A DNA stretch of 64,000 bases from Octopus sinensis. Lineage: Eukaryota. Both the position numbers and the translations under genes were made by a program. Location of the stretch: assembly GCF_006345805.1 (NCBI RefSeq), contig NC_042999.1:105338001-105402000 (forward strand), in the 5' to 3' direction. Positions 1-11,751 of this stretch are shown piece after piece. The notes beneath the pieces were generated by a model, which was not told where the DNA came from, did no database searches, and saw only the letters and a program-made list of their open reading frames with translations. The stretch's first letter is position 1. Each line of letters begins with the position of its first letter.

Positions 1-3000
1 CAACCTATTACATGGTCGGGTCGCTGGCGATTAAACTGGCAACCCCACCAAGATTTCTTGGTGAGGAGGGTGAGTTGGACACCCAGCAGGACTAAAAACA
101 AAACCTGTCAAAGGGCAGAGGAACTCTCTCATGAGTCAATGGCCATCCAAAAACCTACATAAATCCGGAGTGGAGCCCCTAAGGCGTTTGGATTGCGCCA
201 TGCGTGCCACCTTCTGGCAGCTCCTGCATCCTGGTCTACCCCCAGCCGTCTTGATTTTGTCTTGCCACTGGATCCGGCGCACCAGGACGAGAGAGTGAGA
301 CTGATCCTGCGCAAGTCACCTTCACTATAATCCAAGTCACGCGCACGTCATGACATCATGACACCAACATCACAAAGTCCTGTGGCGATGGGGAAACGGC
401 TGCAGTCGTGAACCCACACACAGGCGGCTCAGGACATGTGGTCGCCCCTCACTGAACTGAGGCAGCAGTGGAGTCCAGCAGCCTCCTGAGTGACCGAGCA
501 GCCCTCTTCAGGATCGCTCTGCTCGCCTCCGCAGCATGAGGACGGGGCTAGAAAAGGTTGCCCTAAACATAGCCTGCCTCACCTCACCCTGGTCAGCAAA
601 TCGTGGCTGGCGGGGATACTTTCTAAGCGGTCGAAACAAAGAAAGAAAACGAACAAAGGTGCTCACTTTCGCAACTTGGAACGTGAGAACTCTGCTTGAC
701 AACACCAAAGCGGACAGACAAGAGACACGAACAGCCCTGGTGGCCAGAGAACTGAGCCGATACAATGTCGATATCGCAGCACTGAGCGAGACCCGCCTTG
801 CGGACAAAGGCCAGCTGACAGAGACAGGCGGCGGCTACACTTTCTTTTGGATTGGTCGCAGCAGCGAAGAGCGTCGTGAGGCTGGTGTTGGTTTTGCCAT
901 CAAGTCAGTACACGTGCGGAAACTGGAAAGCTCCCCCGAGGGTATCAACGATCGGCTAATGAAGATGCAGCTCCCACTTGGAAACAAGACTATTGCGACC
1001 ATCATCAGCGCTTACACCCCCACCATGACCAACCCTGAAGAAGTTAAGGACAGGTTCTATGAGGAACTCGACTCCCTCATCACGTCAGCCCAGCCTGGGA
1101 AGCTCATCCTCCTTGGGGACTTTAACGCCCGTATCGGGACTGACCACCAAGCCTGGCATCGCGTACTGGGAAAGCACGGAAAGTGCAACAACAACGGGCA
1201 GCTCCTCCTCCGGGCGTGCGCCTCTCATGATCTTACCATCGCCAACACCTTGTTCCGTCTGCCAACACGCAACAAGACATGGATGCATCCACGCTCCAAA
1301 CACTGGCATCTGATAGATTACGTCATCGTCAAGGCGAAAGACAGGCAGGACGTGAGACAGGTCAAAGCCATGTGTGGAGCCGATTCCTGGACGGACCATC
1401 GCCTCATCATCTCCAGGATGGATTTCTACATCTAACCTAAGAGAAGACCACAGAAAGTGACGAGGAAGCTTAACATCACGAAATTAAAGAACCAGCTGAC
1501 TGCACAAGATCTCCAGTCACGTATGGACAGCAAGCTGTTGGACGTTCGGAATGACCAGTCCAGCATCGATGAGCAGTAGGAATCATTCAGGGACACGGTT
1601 CATTCCTGCTCAGCTCCGATGGAACCTCACTCCTGACTAACAAGAGGCTGATCCTGGAGAGATGGGCGGAGCATTTCAACATCGTGCTCAACCGACCAGC
1701 CGAGATCAACGAGGAAGCCATCGCACGACACCCCCAGGTGCCGACAAACCACGACCTGGCTGTTCCCCCCGCAGAGCCATTAAAAAATGTCCACCGGCAA
1801 AGCTCCAGGCTCTGACGCCATCCCTGCAGAGGTGTTCAAGTCGGGCGGCTTAACCATGATGAGTCAGCTCACCAGCCTGTTCCAGTCGATGTGGGACAAG
1901 GAACAACTCCCTCAAGATTTCCGGGACGCAACAATCGTCCACATTTATAAGCGGAAAGGAGATCGGCAGTCCTGCGAGAACTACCAAGGAATCTCCCTCT
2001 TGTCCATAGCAGGCAAGATCCTGGCCCGAGTCCTGCTTGACCGCCTTCTGGAACACTTGGAGCAAGGCCTTCTCCCCGAGAGCCAGTGTGGCTTCCGCGC
2101 GGGTCGGGGGACCACTGACATGATATTCGCCGCCCGCCAGCTCCAGGAGAAATGCATGGAGCAGCATCTTGACCTCTGCATGACCTTTGTTGACCTCACC
2201 AAGGCTTTCGATACAGTCAGTCGGGAGGGACTTTGGAAGGTCATGGGAAAAGTTGGTTGCCACAGCAAATTTATTGCAATTGTCTGCCAGTTCCACGACG
2301 GAATGACAGCCAGACTCCTTGAAGACGGCAACTCATCTGAAGTCTTCCAGGTGACCAACGGAGTCAGGCAGGGCTGTGTCCTGACCCCAACACTGTTTAG
2401 CATCATGTTCTCGGCAATGCTGTCCGACGCCTTCAGGGACTGCAAGTCCGGTATCGACATCAAGTACAGGACGGACGGGAAAATTTTTCAACTCCAGAAG
2501 ATTGCAGGCCGTCACAAAGGTAAGGGAGACAGTAGTCAGAGACTTTCTCTTTGCTGACGACTGCGCCCTTAACGCAATCGATGAGCAGGAGATGCAGCTC
2601 GGGATGGACAGGTTCTCATCAGCCTGTGACAGCTTCGGTCTCACCATCAGTGCCAAGAAAACCGAAGTGATGTTTCAGCCAGCCCCCGGCAAACAATACC
2701 ATGAGCCTCAGATAAAGGTGAACGGACGGATCCTACGGGCGGTGGAAAACTTCACTTAATTGGGCAGCACTCTCTCCTGCAATGCCAACATAGATGCTGA
2801 AATCATCAACAGAATCTCCAAGGGAAGCAGCGCGTTTGGGAGACTGCGAAAGAAAGTCTGGGAGCGGAGAGGAGTCAGCCTCAACACCAAGCTGAAAGTC
2901 TACCGGGCAGTCGTACTTACCACCCTACTATACGGCTGCGAGACGTAGACTGCTTACCGAAGGCACGAGCGCCAGATAAACTACTTCCACCTCAGGTGTC

Positions 3001-3537
3001 TTCGGAACCTCCTTCACATCCGCTGACAGGACAAAGTCCCAGACACGGAAGTTCTGAAGCAGGCAGATCTCCCTAGCACCATCACGATCATGCGCAAGGC
3101 CCAGCTGAGATGGGCAGGCCACGTCCCCCGCATGTCCGACACTCGCATCCCAAAACAGCTCTTCTACGGTAAACTCAGCCAGCGCAAACGCAAGGTCGGA
3201 GGGCAGAAGAAGCGCTTCAAGGACAGTCTCAAAGTCTCTCTCAAAGACTTCTCCATCGGCACAGAGACATGGGAGACACTTGCTATCGACCGCTCATCCT
3301 GGCGCAGCGCAATCACCACAGGAGCAAAGACAGCCGAGGAGAGACGGATTCAGTCAGCAGAACAGAAACGCCAGATGCGGAAAGCCAGAGCCACCTGCAC
3401 CAATAGCACAGCCCCTACCCACTTCTGCCCCACTTGTGGGAGGGGCTTTCTTACCCGGATTGGCCTCCGGTCTCATAGCAGCAATTCCACCAAATGATGT
3501 CAATGGTCATCTTCGAACCCGAAGGACGAACATTATT
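1..3537 (+). mobile_element. RTE-clade (BovB/RTE-1-like) non-LTR retrotransposon, near full length, inactive; 5' end probably continues before base 1
   Basis: Order 5'UTR - APE endonuclease - RT - C-terminal CPTCGRGF Zn knuckle - short 3'UTR ending cttcgaacccgaaggacgaac; much more GC-rich than the flanks. Confidence 0.95.
536..3497 (+). pseudogene. Disrupted APE-endonuclease/reverse-transcriptase ORF of the RTE element
   Basis: APE motifs TFATWNVRTL, ALSETR, LLGDFNARIG, WHLIDY, TDH; RT motifs YQGISLLS, QCGFRAGRGTTD, FVDLTKAFDTV, GVRQGCVL, FLFADD; in-frame stops (1433, 1577, 2757, 2946), a frameshift near 2500 and an internal deletion near 1600. Confidence 0.93.
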
Positions 3538-3819
3538 AATTTTCTATGAGAAGGAAGCGTATACTTTCGAAGTATTATTTTATTACAAAAAGCGAAAAGA
3601 CGAAATATGTAATAATAAATTCACTTGCCAGGAACAGGTTGAGAAGCCTATATGTGATTTTGTAACACCTTTTAATGACATAATAAAAGAAACATATATC
3701 CACGATCTTTTTCGTGAATCCGAAGGCAAATTAAAAGAAGGTGCTATAACTCGAAGCTAGACTCTCCTAACTTTTACAAGTAAAATAGGTGTAGCACTCT
3801 AGAAAAGAACAATCCGTCT

Positions 3820-3965
3820 GATATGCTGTCTCATAGATTCCGTCTTAAAATGTTACTCATAAGTCTTTGGTCAACCTGGGTCTGTCATAATAACAGTATA
3901 CCGTGAACTGGAATTGAAACCGAAACAGTGCTACTGCAAAACGAATCTCCTAAGTATACGCAATT
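3820..3965 (-). mobile_element. Degraded tRNA-derived SINE (family B, ggcgcaggagtggctgtgtgg type)
   Basis: Reverse-complement similarity to copies at 25779 and 62320. Confidence 0.55.
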
Positions 3966-4989
3966 GCTAAAGACTACATACTAGGAATGTTATCTAAGGT
4001 CTGCGCTTTATGGGAGCTAACCAAGGATAAAATTTAATACAAATAATTCGTAAGGTGAAAGCAGAATCCACATGCGGTAGAGTTGGATTTGTAATGTGTC
4101 AGGAAACATAAACGCTGGCAGTTACTAAATTTATGTCTTCCGACTTACAAGCTAAGAGTCCTGCGAAAAAAACTATCCCATACTCCATAATAATTAACAA
4201 CACATTATAATAAACTACATAGCTAGCTATGCGAATATGTTTACCTTGCATGGAATAGAAAGCGAATATGCTTCAAATGACTCCTCTTATCATAAAAGCA
4301 AAGGGTATCTTGGATAATAGACATAGTGTGTCTGAATAGCTAAGATGATGAACACAGCTATGTTGTCTTTCAATGTAGGTCACGCCATCACAATTAACTA
4401 ACAACAGTTACTTGTTCCACACGCACCAGTCAAATACAATATCCATTTTCAATAAGATAACTTCATTGATGTGAAGTCAAACCCTAAACAATATGTATGT
4501 AGAGAAATCCATAATGAGAAGGAAATTATCATTGATTTTAGGTGAAACTATTTTACGTAAGTTTAGTATTGATACAGCGGTGTCATTAAAGATGAGCATG
4601 CATATTATAATTCAAATTTACTAAGAAGGCATGTCTTATTTTAGGTGGGAGGGTAGTGTTTTTTAGTAATTTTGTTTTAACGTTGATAAGCATATTAGTT
4701 GCATAAGTCAAATGAAAGAGATAAAGGAGGAAACATCGACTTGGGTCACATACTTAGGTGAGGTGGAAGTTGCTATCCACATCATAACACTCAGTATATA
4801 CACCTTATGTATGTTTATTTTTTTATTACGGAGCTCTTAAAATCATGTTACAATATGATACGTTATTGTGCTCATGACTTAATGCGATTTTGCAGCTGTA
4901 CAATTTCAATGTAGTATCTCGTCAGGAATTGAAATCGAGTAACTGAGTGGGTGCGTCATTTTTCCATTTAGTATTTGACATGCATGAGT

Positions 4990-5165
4990 AATAATGTTTT
5001 ACAATTTTGGCAGAAGGTCAGCAACTTTGAGTGTATGTATGTATGGGGGAAAGGAAGTCGATAAAATCAACTCGTGTTCACTCTGTACTTCTTTTATCGA
5101 TCCATAAAATATGAACGGTAAAATCGACGTCGGCGGTATATGAACTCAACGTAAAGAACCGGAAT
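4990..5165 (-). mobile_element. Degraded SINE (family A, ggcgagctggcagaaacgttagc type)
   Basis: Contains the reverse complement of the gtcgac...cgataaaa...gtac core shared with 51689 and 52118. Confidence 0.6.
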
Positions 5166-5310
5166 ATATGTTTTCCAAAAAACTTGCACATGCAAGTGCT
5201 ACCAGTCGAAAGCTCCGCATACTCGAAGCCAGTAAGTGTATGGGATCATCAGGAAAGAATGCGCGCCGTTTCGAGGCCTACCACGCGACGGCATCATTGC
5301 GCATGGAGCC
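5165..5310 (-). repeat. Dispersed repeat, homologous to 19275-19445, with a decayed HHR-like motif
   Basis: Shared string gaaacg..gcgcattct.tc.tgatgatcccat.cactt.ct...tatgcgg...tttcgactggtag.acttgcatgtgcaagtt. Confidence 0.7.
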
Positions 5311-6689
5311 CCCTTCTGATATGAGGCCTCATCTTGTCTGGTGCCGTATGATATCTGCCAATACCCCGCGTTCAACATCCATGCGTAATAAAGAGGTATC
5401 TTTTTTGATTGTGTATTGCCTATTAAAATCGCAGATGTATACTCAGTGGCATTTATTTTTCTATGTCTTTATACATAGAAACGAAAGATAATAATTAGTA
5501 AAGCAAGTGGGTATCGATGATGTACATAAAAATATGATAAAGAAATCATCTGCTTAGATAGAAACAAGAAAAATTTCTACCATCAATCCTGAGGAACAAC
5601 ACAGAAAAGAACTCATTTAAGAAAATTTGAAAACATTTTAAAAATAATTGTAAGTAAAATAAATATGCTAGTTAATAAAGACTGTGATGACAATAAACAT
5701 GTTCTGGCATATCATCTACCCCATTGAGTTATCGCGAAGTCGCCTGATCAATAGAAAGGGGGGAACTGGCTCAATGCGTTAATAACACTCAGTGTATTGC
5801 TGCTCAGCATTTAGCCTTTGGTGCTAGCAATTCTGGCTGCTCACCGCCTTAGAATGAATTATCTATCGACACTTAACTGCAAGTGGCTAAATATGCGACC
5901 AATTTTTTTTTTTTTAGCGTAATAAGTTTATTTCTTTCTTTTTTGTTTGAATAACTGTTAAAATGTGTTTCACTTCCGAACTGCAATTTCGGGAAAAAAA
6001 AGTGTTAGCACAATTCAATGAAAGAAAATAACGGTCCAAGATAACTTGCAACGAGATCGAACTGGGAATGCTGGAATTCAGAAAAAATATATTATAAACG
6101 TGTTCGTTCTCCGAAATTATTAATTTACGTCGTACAAAAATAAACCAATATTCTCATCACAATTCACCAGAAAAGGTCTAAAAAAACTGAAAATACGTAA
6201 AGAAGAGAGATAAAGATGAAAGGGGCCATACGCTGTGTTTTCTGATAACACAAGCCTGCGTATTGACGATATATTTTTTTAACAATCAATTATTTACTTC
6301 CAGGTGTATTCAATTACTTTGCGGCAATAATTAACTATAACAAATACAGAAACAATTAAAGCAAAAATGCCATTGCATGTTTACTTGTCCTTTAGAAGAT
6401 AGCAGGACTGTATGCGTATGTATCTGTATGTGTGATCGTATATGTTATTATTATAGTGCAAGACTGTGAGCAATGATGTGTATGCATGTGTCTATATTTA
6501 TTCATTTATTTGTTTTTTTTTGTTTTTGTTTTTTTTATACATTTGGCATCTGTTTAAGAAATATTCCAAGTATTTTCAGAAACCTTTATATGTTGTAATA
6601 AAAGGATTCACATCTTTTTTTTCTAATTGTTTATTTAATTTAAATGTTGCAAAACCGAATTAGCAAAATAAGAAGAACGACAGGTGTGT

Positions 6690-6692
<3 letters not shown>

Positions 6693-6735
<43 letters not shown>
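6693..6735. repeat. (GA)n microsatellite
   Basis: Direct reading. Confidence 0.98.
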
Positions 6736-6738
<3 letters not shown>

Positions 6739-7025
6739 TGTGTGCGTGTGTGTATGTGTGTGATTGTGTGACAGTGTATGTGTGCCTATTTTACAGCTAA
6801 TTTCGGTATTCTTTAAATATTTAGCTCCTCTGTTTTCAATACTTTGAAACCAGTAAACAATTACAGAAAGAAATTATTTAACTACTATTACTGTGACGTA
6901 GTCTTTAAATATTTTACAAGTTCATTTCGCTCAAAATGCTTTATTTAAACATATTTTTTGACATTCCTCATAATCTTCATTTTCTTTTATACCGTAAATA
7001 TTCCCATATCTCGCTGTCTTTTCCC

Positions 7026-7092
7026 TACATACATACATACATACATACATACATACATACATACATACATACATACATACATACATACATAC
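7026..7092. repeat. (TACA)n microsatellite
   Basis: Direct reading. Confidence 0.98.
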
Positions 7093-7166
7093 GTGAGTGT
7101 GTGAAATTAAATGTGAATGCAACAGGAAATTAGGTAATGAACTTCGTTTTGTATAAGATGTAGTTT

Positions 7167-7255
7167 ACTCAGAACTGAGTGTTTCTACATCACCTTATTT
7201 CTTCGTCAGGTTCCAAGGAAGCTCTAAGGTGATGCAGACGTACTCAGTTGGGAGT
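7167..7255. other. Pri-miRNA-like hairpin (candidate)
   Basis: 7173-7197 pairs with 7225-7249 (23/25 including G-U), plus 4 bp basal stem after a 2x2 loop; 27-nt terminal loop. Confidence 0.35.
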
Positions 7256-7393
7256 CCATTGCTTTTTGTAGCAAAAAACAGCAGTAAACAGATGAAAATA
7301 ATTACATAAGTTTCTGTTCCTTTCTCTTTTCTTTCATTCCAGATTACGCTGCAGCTGACTAACGCTTTAGTCTGAAGACTATGTTGAGATTTA

Positions 7394-7742
7394 ACGGATT
7401 TATTCCATCTCAATCACAGATTTTATAATTAATTATTTTTTTAACTAAACAGTTTGAAACTTCGAATAATGATAAAATTCCTCACGTAGAACACGGTTTA
7501 CTGTGAACGTTTTTGACAAAATTTCCTATTTTAGAAGTTATTTCGTGTTAAAGTTGTCGTATTTGGGTAATTTGAACCAATCAACGACGTGTGTTCGGTT
7601 GTAGAAAGCTACTGCTATTTGCGATAGTAATCGATCCCGTGATTTCGTGAGAAATTCGACCAATATTCGGAGTTACAAACTGTTTATTAAAAAAAAACAA
7701 AATTAGTTTTAAAACCTGTGATTGAGATGGATTAGATCCGTT
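7394..7742. mobile_element. MITE-like fold-back element with diverged terminal inverted repeats of about 75-110 bp
   Basis: aacggatttattccatctcaatcacag... at left versus ...ctgtgattgagatggattagatccgtt at right. Confidence 0.65.
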
Positions 7743-9159
7743 GTAATACCATGTTCTTAGTATCGTAATGCCTCCACGAAATGTGTGTGTCTGTGCGTGC
7801 GTGTGTGTTCGTGTGTGTGTGTGTGTGTGTGTGCGTGTGCGCGTGCGTGTGTGTATTACTGGCAGCATGCGACCCAGAAGAGATTATTACATGATCGGGC
7901 TATCGGCTACTAAAACTATGCTGTGGCAAAAGCAACTGAGTCAGGAATTGGAGAACTCTGAAAACAGAAGACTGAGGGATGTTGTCTATATATTTTCATT
8001 GCCTCTTAGTATTTCGGGAAACTGTGGCTGGTCGTTTCACAAATCGTCATTGCTGTAAACAAGTCATGTTTGTGTTTATTGTAACAGCTATAATACTGTC
8101 TATGCAATTCTACCACTATCCAAGATTCCACCAAACGTTTAAACACCTGATCATTTGTAAGAAAGTTAAGTTTATTGGTTCCAGTAAAGGATGTTACTAC
8201 CAGTTATTGTTGGAGTTCTACACTGCACATCTATTTGATGATGCCCGTTCATTCGTAAAATATCCGAACATTGCGCCGTATGAGATCTCTAGTGATGTCT
8301 AAGCAAATTTATTCAGATAAAGTACTACTTTCCCTATACAAAAAGAGAAACAAGAAAATGAATCTTAAATACTACTTGCTCATATTTCTAAGTTGGCAGT
8401 CTGCTGCATCTGTCTCGTAATTCAATACAAATTGGCAATTTAATAACAAAAACAAATGTAACAACAGAAATTGGTACACTCCTCCCTTAAGGGACAAAAG
8501 AGTATGATAAACGACAATATTTCATGCTCTACATAAATCTATAACTGCCATTTCTGCAGTCTGTGAAGACGTTTACCTAATTTTGGTGGAGAATACTCTT
8601 TCGTCTGGATCGGTAGATCCAAAGAGGTCTGCTTGGCAATCATTTGAGGCTCTATCAAATGTCTGTTTTGCTATCAAATCACGTCTCAAAAAACCCTTAT
8701 CTTCACTTTCTTCTGAAATCGGAACAGATAATTGAAATAAACACAATTTACTAACTCCATCCTCTGATACATTTTCACGATATACACTCTCTGTTATACT
8801 GTGGATTTCCGGATTACTAGTGCAATGGCGTCCTGGATGACATCACTACCCTTCAATAGCCACATCTGCGGAAGTGTTTCATGAGTAAACGTCTGGATCA
8901 TATAACCCACTCCACTCGCTGTATGTATGTACGTACTTTTTTATGTATGTATGTAACCGGGCTAAAATCTAAAAACATTTTAGATAATGTGAATAATATT
9001 TGAGCGCAACGCATTCTGTTTGAATGCAACCAAAGTACAAGTAAGTATTTCAAGCTCATTCAAATTATTTAATCTTTCATTAATCTATTTTTATACCACA
9101 TCTAGATAGGTATTGTTTCTCTTAATGTTATTGCAATATCTTATCCTTTCTACTATAGG

Positions 9160-9345
9160 CAAAATGTTGGGAATTTTGCGAGACTAGTCAATTAAATCGA
9201 CTCCTGTGCTTCACTGGTACTTATTTTCTCGACCTCGAAAAGATGAATGTAAAGGTCGACTTAGGTGAAACTTGAACTGAGAAAGTGAAGATGGGGTAAA
9301 TGCTGTTAAACATTCTATCCGGTGTGTTAATGAATCTCCCAGCCA
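9160..9345 (-). mobile_element. Degraded SINE (family A)
   Basis: ctggtacttattttctcgacctcgaaaagatgaatgtaaaggtcgact is the reverse complement of the family core. Confidence 0.7.
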
Positions 9346-10724
9346 AATGTATTATTTTTATATCATATCGCAACTGTGAAACGCTTGTATAATTGTTCTT
9401 ATATTATTTTGAGGCTACACTGTTGTACTCACTAGATTTTATTATAGAATTTCCTTTAAAATGATAAATGCAGCAACTTAAGTGCAGGTTATTTAATCGG
9501 CAATTATATTTTCCGCAATACATATACATATGATGAAAACAATCTTGTAAACCTCTGAACGTATCCAATTTCAAATTTTAAGTGACATTTTTCCCTATAG
9601 TTTATGGGATATTAGACGGGCCAAAGCTTGATATTTAAAGACTTGTCCATATTTCACAAACTAGAAAATATCTCGAATCATTGTTTAAATGCATCTTAGC
9701 TGTCAATGACAGAAGTACTATTATGTTAGGATTATATCAACCACCTGTATTAAAAAATGTTAATTTTTAGTTGACAGAGTACAAAAAAACATTTTCTTAT
9801 CATCGTTTATTCATAGCTTTTATATAATGTGTAATCGATTACTTCTTTCCTCAACAGATAGCACAACGTCTCTTTGTGAGGAAATGTATAATGAAGAGTG
9901 CAAACATTACTTCTAAGTGTAGACAATACTTCTACCCGTTACTTCTGTTCAAGTGCAAATTATGCACAAATTATCCATAACATAAGTTTGTTCAACTGAC
10001 TATTAACTGACGTCTTATTTGTTTTATAGATTTGTCAAGAAAACAATTATGCATGTATTTTCAACGGGTAACTGGACAGAATAAAAAATATATAACAATG
10101 CAAATGAACAAGTGTATTTTAAGAGTCCATTACCTATAGCACTCCTGTAAATCAAACGATATTTTCAAATGTTAGTAAATTATGTCCTAACCAAGGTTTG
10201 GGCAAAACTAATTATTAGAAGATATAAAAGGAATGAAAACAAAAAAACATTTTTAATATAATTAAATATGAAATTAAATTACAGTCTCTTCTATATTATT
10301 TCACTGAATCATACTTTTAAACAAACTTTAAGTATTCCATTAGTCCTTTGTAAAAAGCAAAACAATTCTTGTATAGAGATAGCTATGAAAAGGAATTGTC
10401 AAGGAAAGCTAATAAAGCAATTATAAGAAAAATTCATTATATTTCTATTTTATTTCAAGCAATGAAACTGAAATTAAAGCTGGTCTTAAAATTATATTAA
10501 TTTTTCTAGAATAGAAAGAGAAATTTAATTAAAAATTTCCTTCTACATAGCAGGATGAAATATAAACATTCAATCATTTACCAGAACACCCAATACCACT
10601 AACACACTAATGTGCAAATCAATTGACAAAAACTGCCATAAATATAAACGGCATTTTGAAAATGGATGAAATTAAAAACATTGAAAATTAAAATACTACT
10701 CAGTTTGATAATGTTAACTTTTAT

Positions 10725-10865
10725 ACCGTGATTTCAAATGTTGGCACAACTCTAGCAATGTCATGGCGGGAGAAAATTCGAAGACATCGACCCTAGCGAT
10801 TCCACTATTATTTATTTTATCAATCCTGAAAGAATGAAAGGCAAAGTCGACCTCGATGGAATTTT
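10725..10865 (-). mobile_element. Degraded SINE (family A), 3' part
   Basis: atcctgaaagaatgaaaggcaaagtcgacctcg. Confidence 0.7.
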
Positions 10866-11378
10866 CTTTTCATGCAATTAGAATAAAATGCAGGGTTAAT
10901 ATATTAAATATGGATATTTGGCAAGGAAAATCATTGTTTTGTTTTCTCTAGTTTCAGCTCAGATCTACGGTCATGCTGATGCACCACCTTTGTTAAAAAT
11001 TTTAAGAATGCAGTGGGGCCAAGCATGAAGAAGTTTCATGGGAATTTGGTGCCATTCACTTGTAGGCAACACAGTCTCTTTATGGATAATTTAGAAACTA
11101 AAATTTCCTTCAATACCGAAATATGGATTTCACTACCGAACTATTAACAAAGTGTACTACAAATTTATTTCATATTGCCTACATAAAGGGATGTTTGTAA
11201 AATGAATATTTTTGCAAATGGTATCAAGTAAACCATGCGTACAGAGTAGTGAGTGGTTGTATTGATTGTATACGCATGTTTTAGCAAATGCCTAACAGAT
11301 ATTTCTATGACATCCTTCAGATATTTGGATCAATTCACCTACAAATGTATACATAGTTGAATTTGAAACGTAACATTT

Positions 11379-11421
<43 letters not shown>

Positions 11422-11424
<3 letters not shown>

Positions 11425-11570
11425 AGAGAATTCACAAAAAAAGAAAAGACGATGGCAGGTGGTGTACACAACAAACAGATGTATTACTTTTAGCTCGGGA
11501 AGTGAAAAAATCTTTAACGTTTCGAGCCTACACTCTTACACAGAAAGGGACAAAGAAAGAAACAAGGTTA
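11422..11570 (-). repeat. PLE-LTR-like repeat with minimal HHR-variant motif (11512-11547), abutting (TA)n
   Basis: Minus strand: cttt-CTGTGTA-a-gagt gtag gctc-GAAACGTT-aaag; homologous to 13270-13445, 13591-13735, 53510-53650. Confidence 0.75.
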
Positions 11571-11751
11571 GCTGAGTTAGAGGTTAAAATAGCCATCTAA
11601 GAGATAGAAGTATCTATTATACTACCGGTATATTACCTATGTTTAACTATGTGCATAGATATGCAAGCATAATACGCTCATAAATTGTAGGTAAAGACAA
11701 GGATAAATTCTGTTTTCCTTAAATTTATCAAGAATCAGGATTTAAAGAAAA

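Noticed and set aside
1-130. HDV-like ribozyme at the RTE 5' end (also tried with 43070-43265)
   Set aside because: A P4-like hairpin and (c)taaa are present, but no P1/P2/P3 partners could be fitted; the upstream sequence is outside the window
7170-7216. Minus-strand CUGACGA...GAAAC as a hammerhead
   Set aside because: No stem II and no NUH triplet; the region is better explained by the long hairpin
9858-10067. Two plus-strand micro-exon candidates (STTSLCEEMYNEECKHYF-stop; ICQENNYACIFNG)
   Set aside because: Splice-like signals are common in AT-rich DNA; no consistent gene model or recognisable domain
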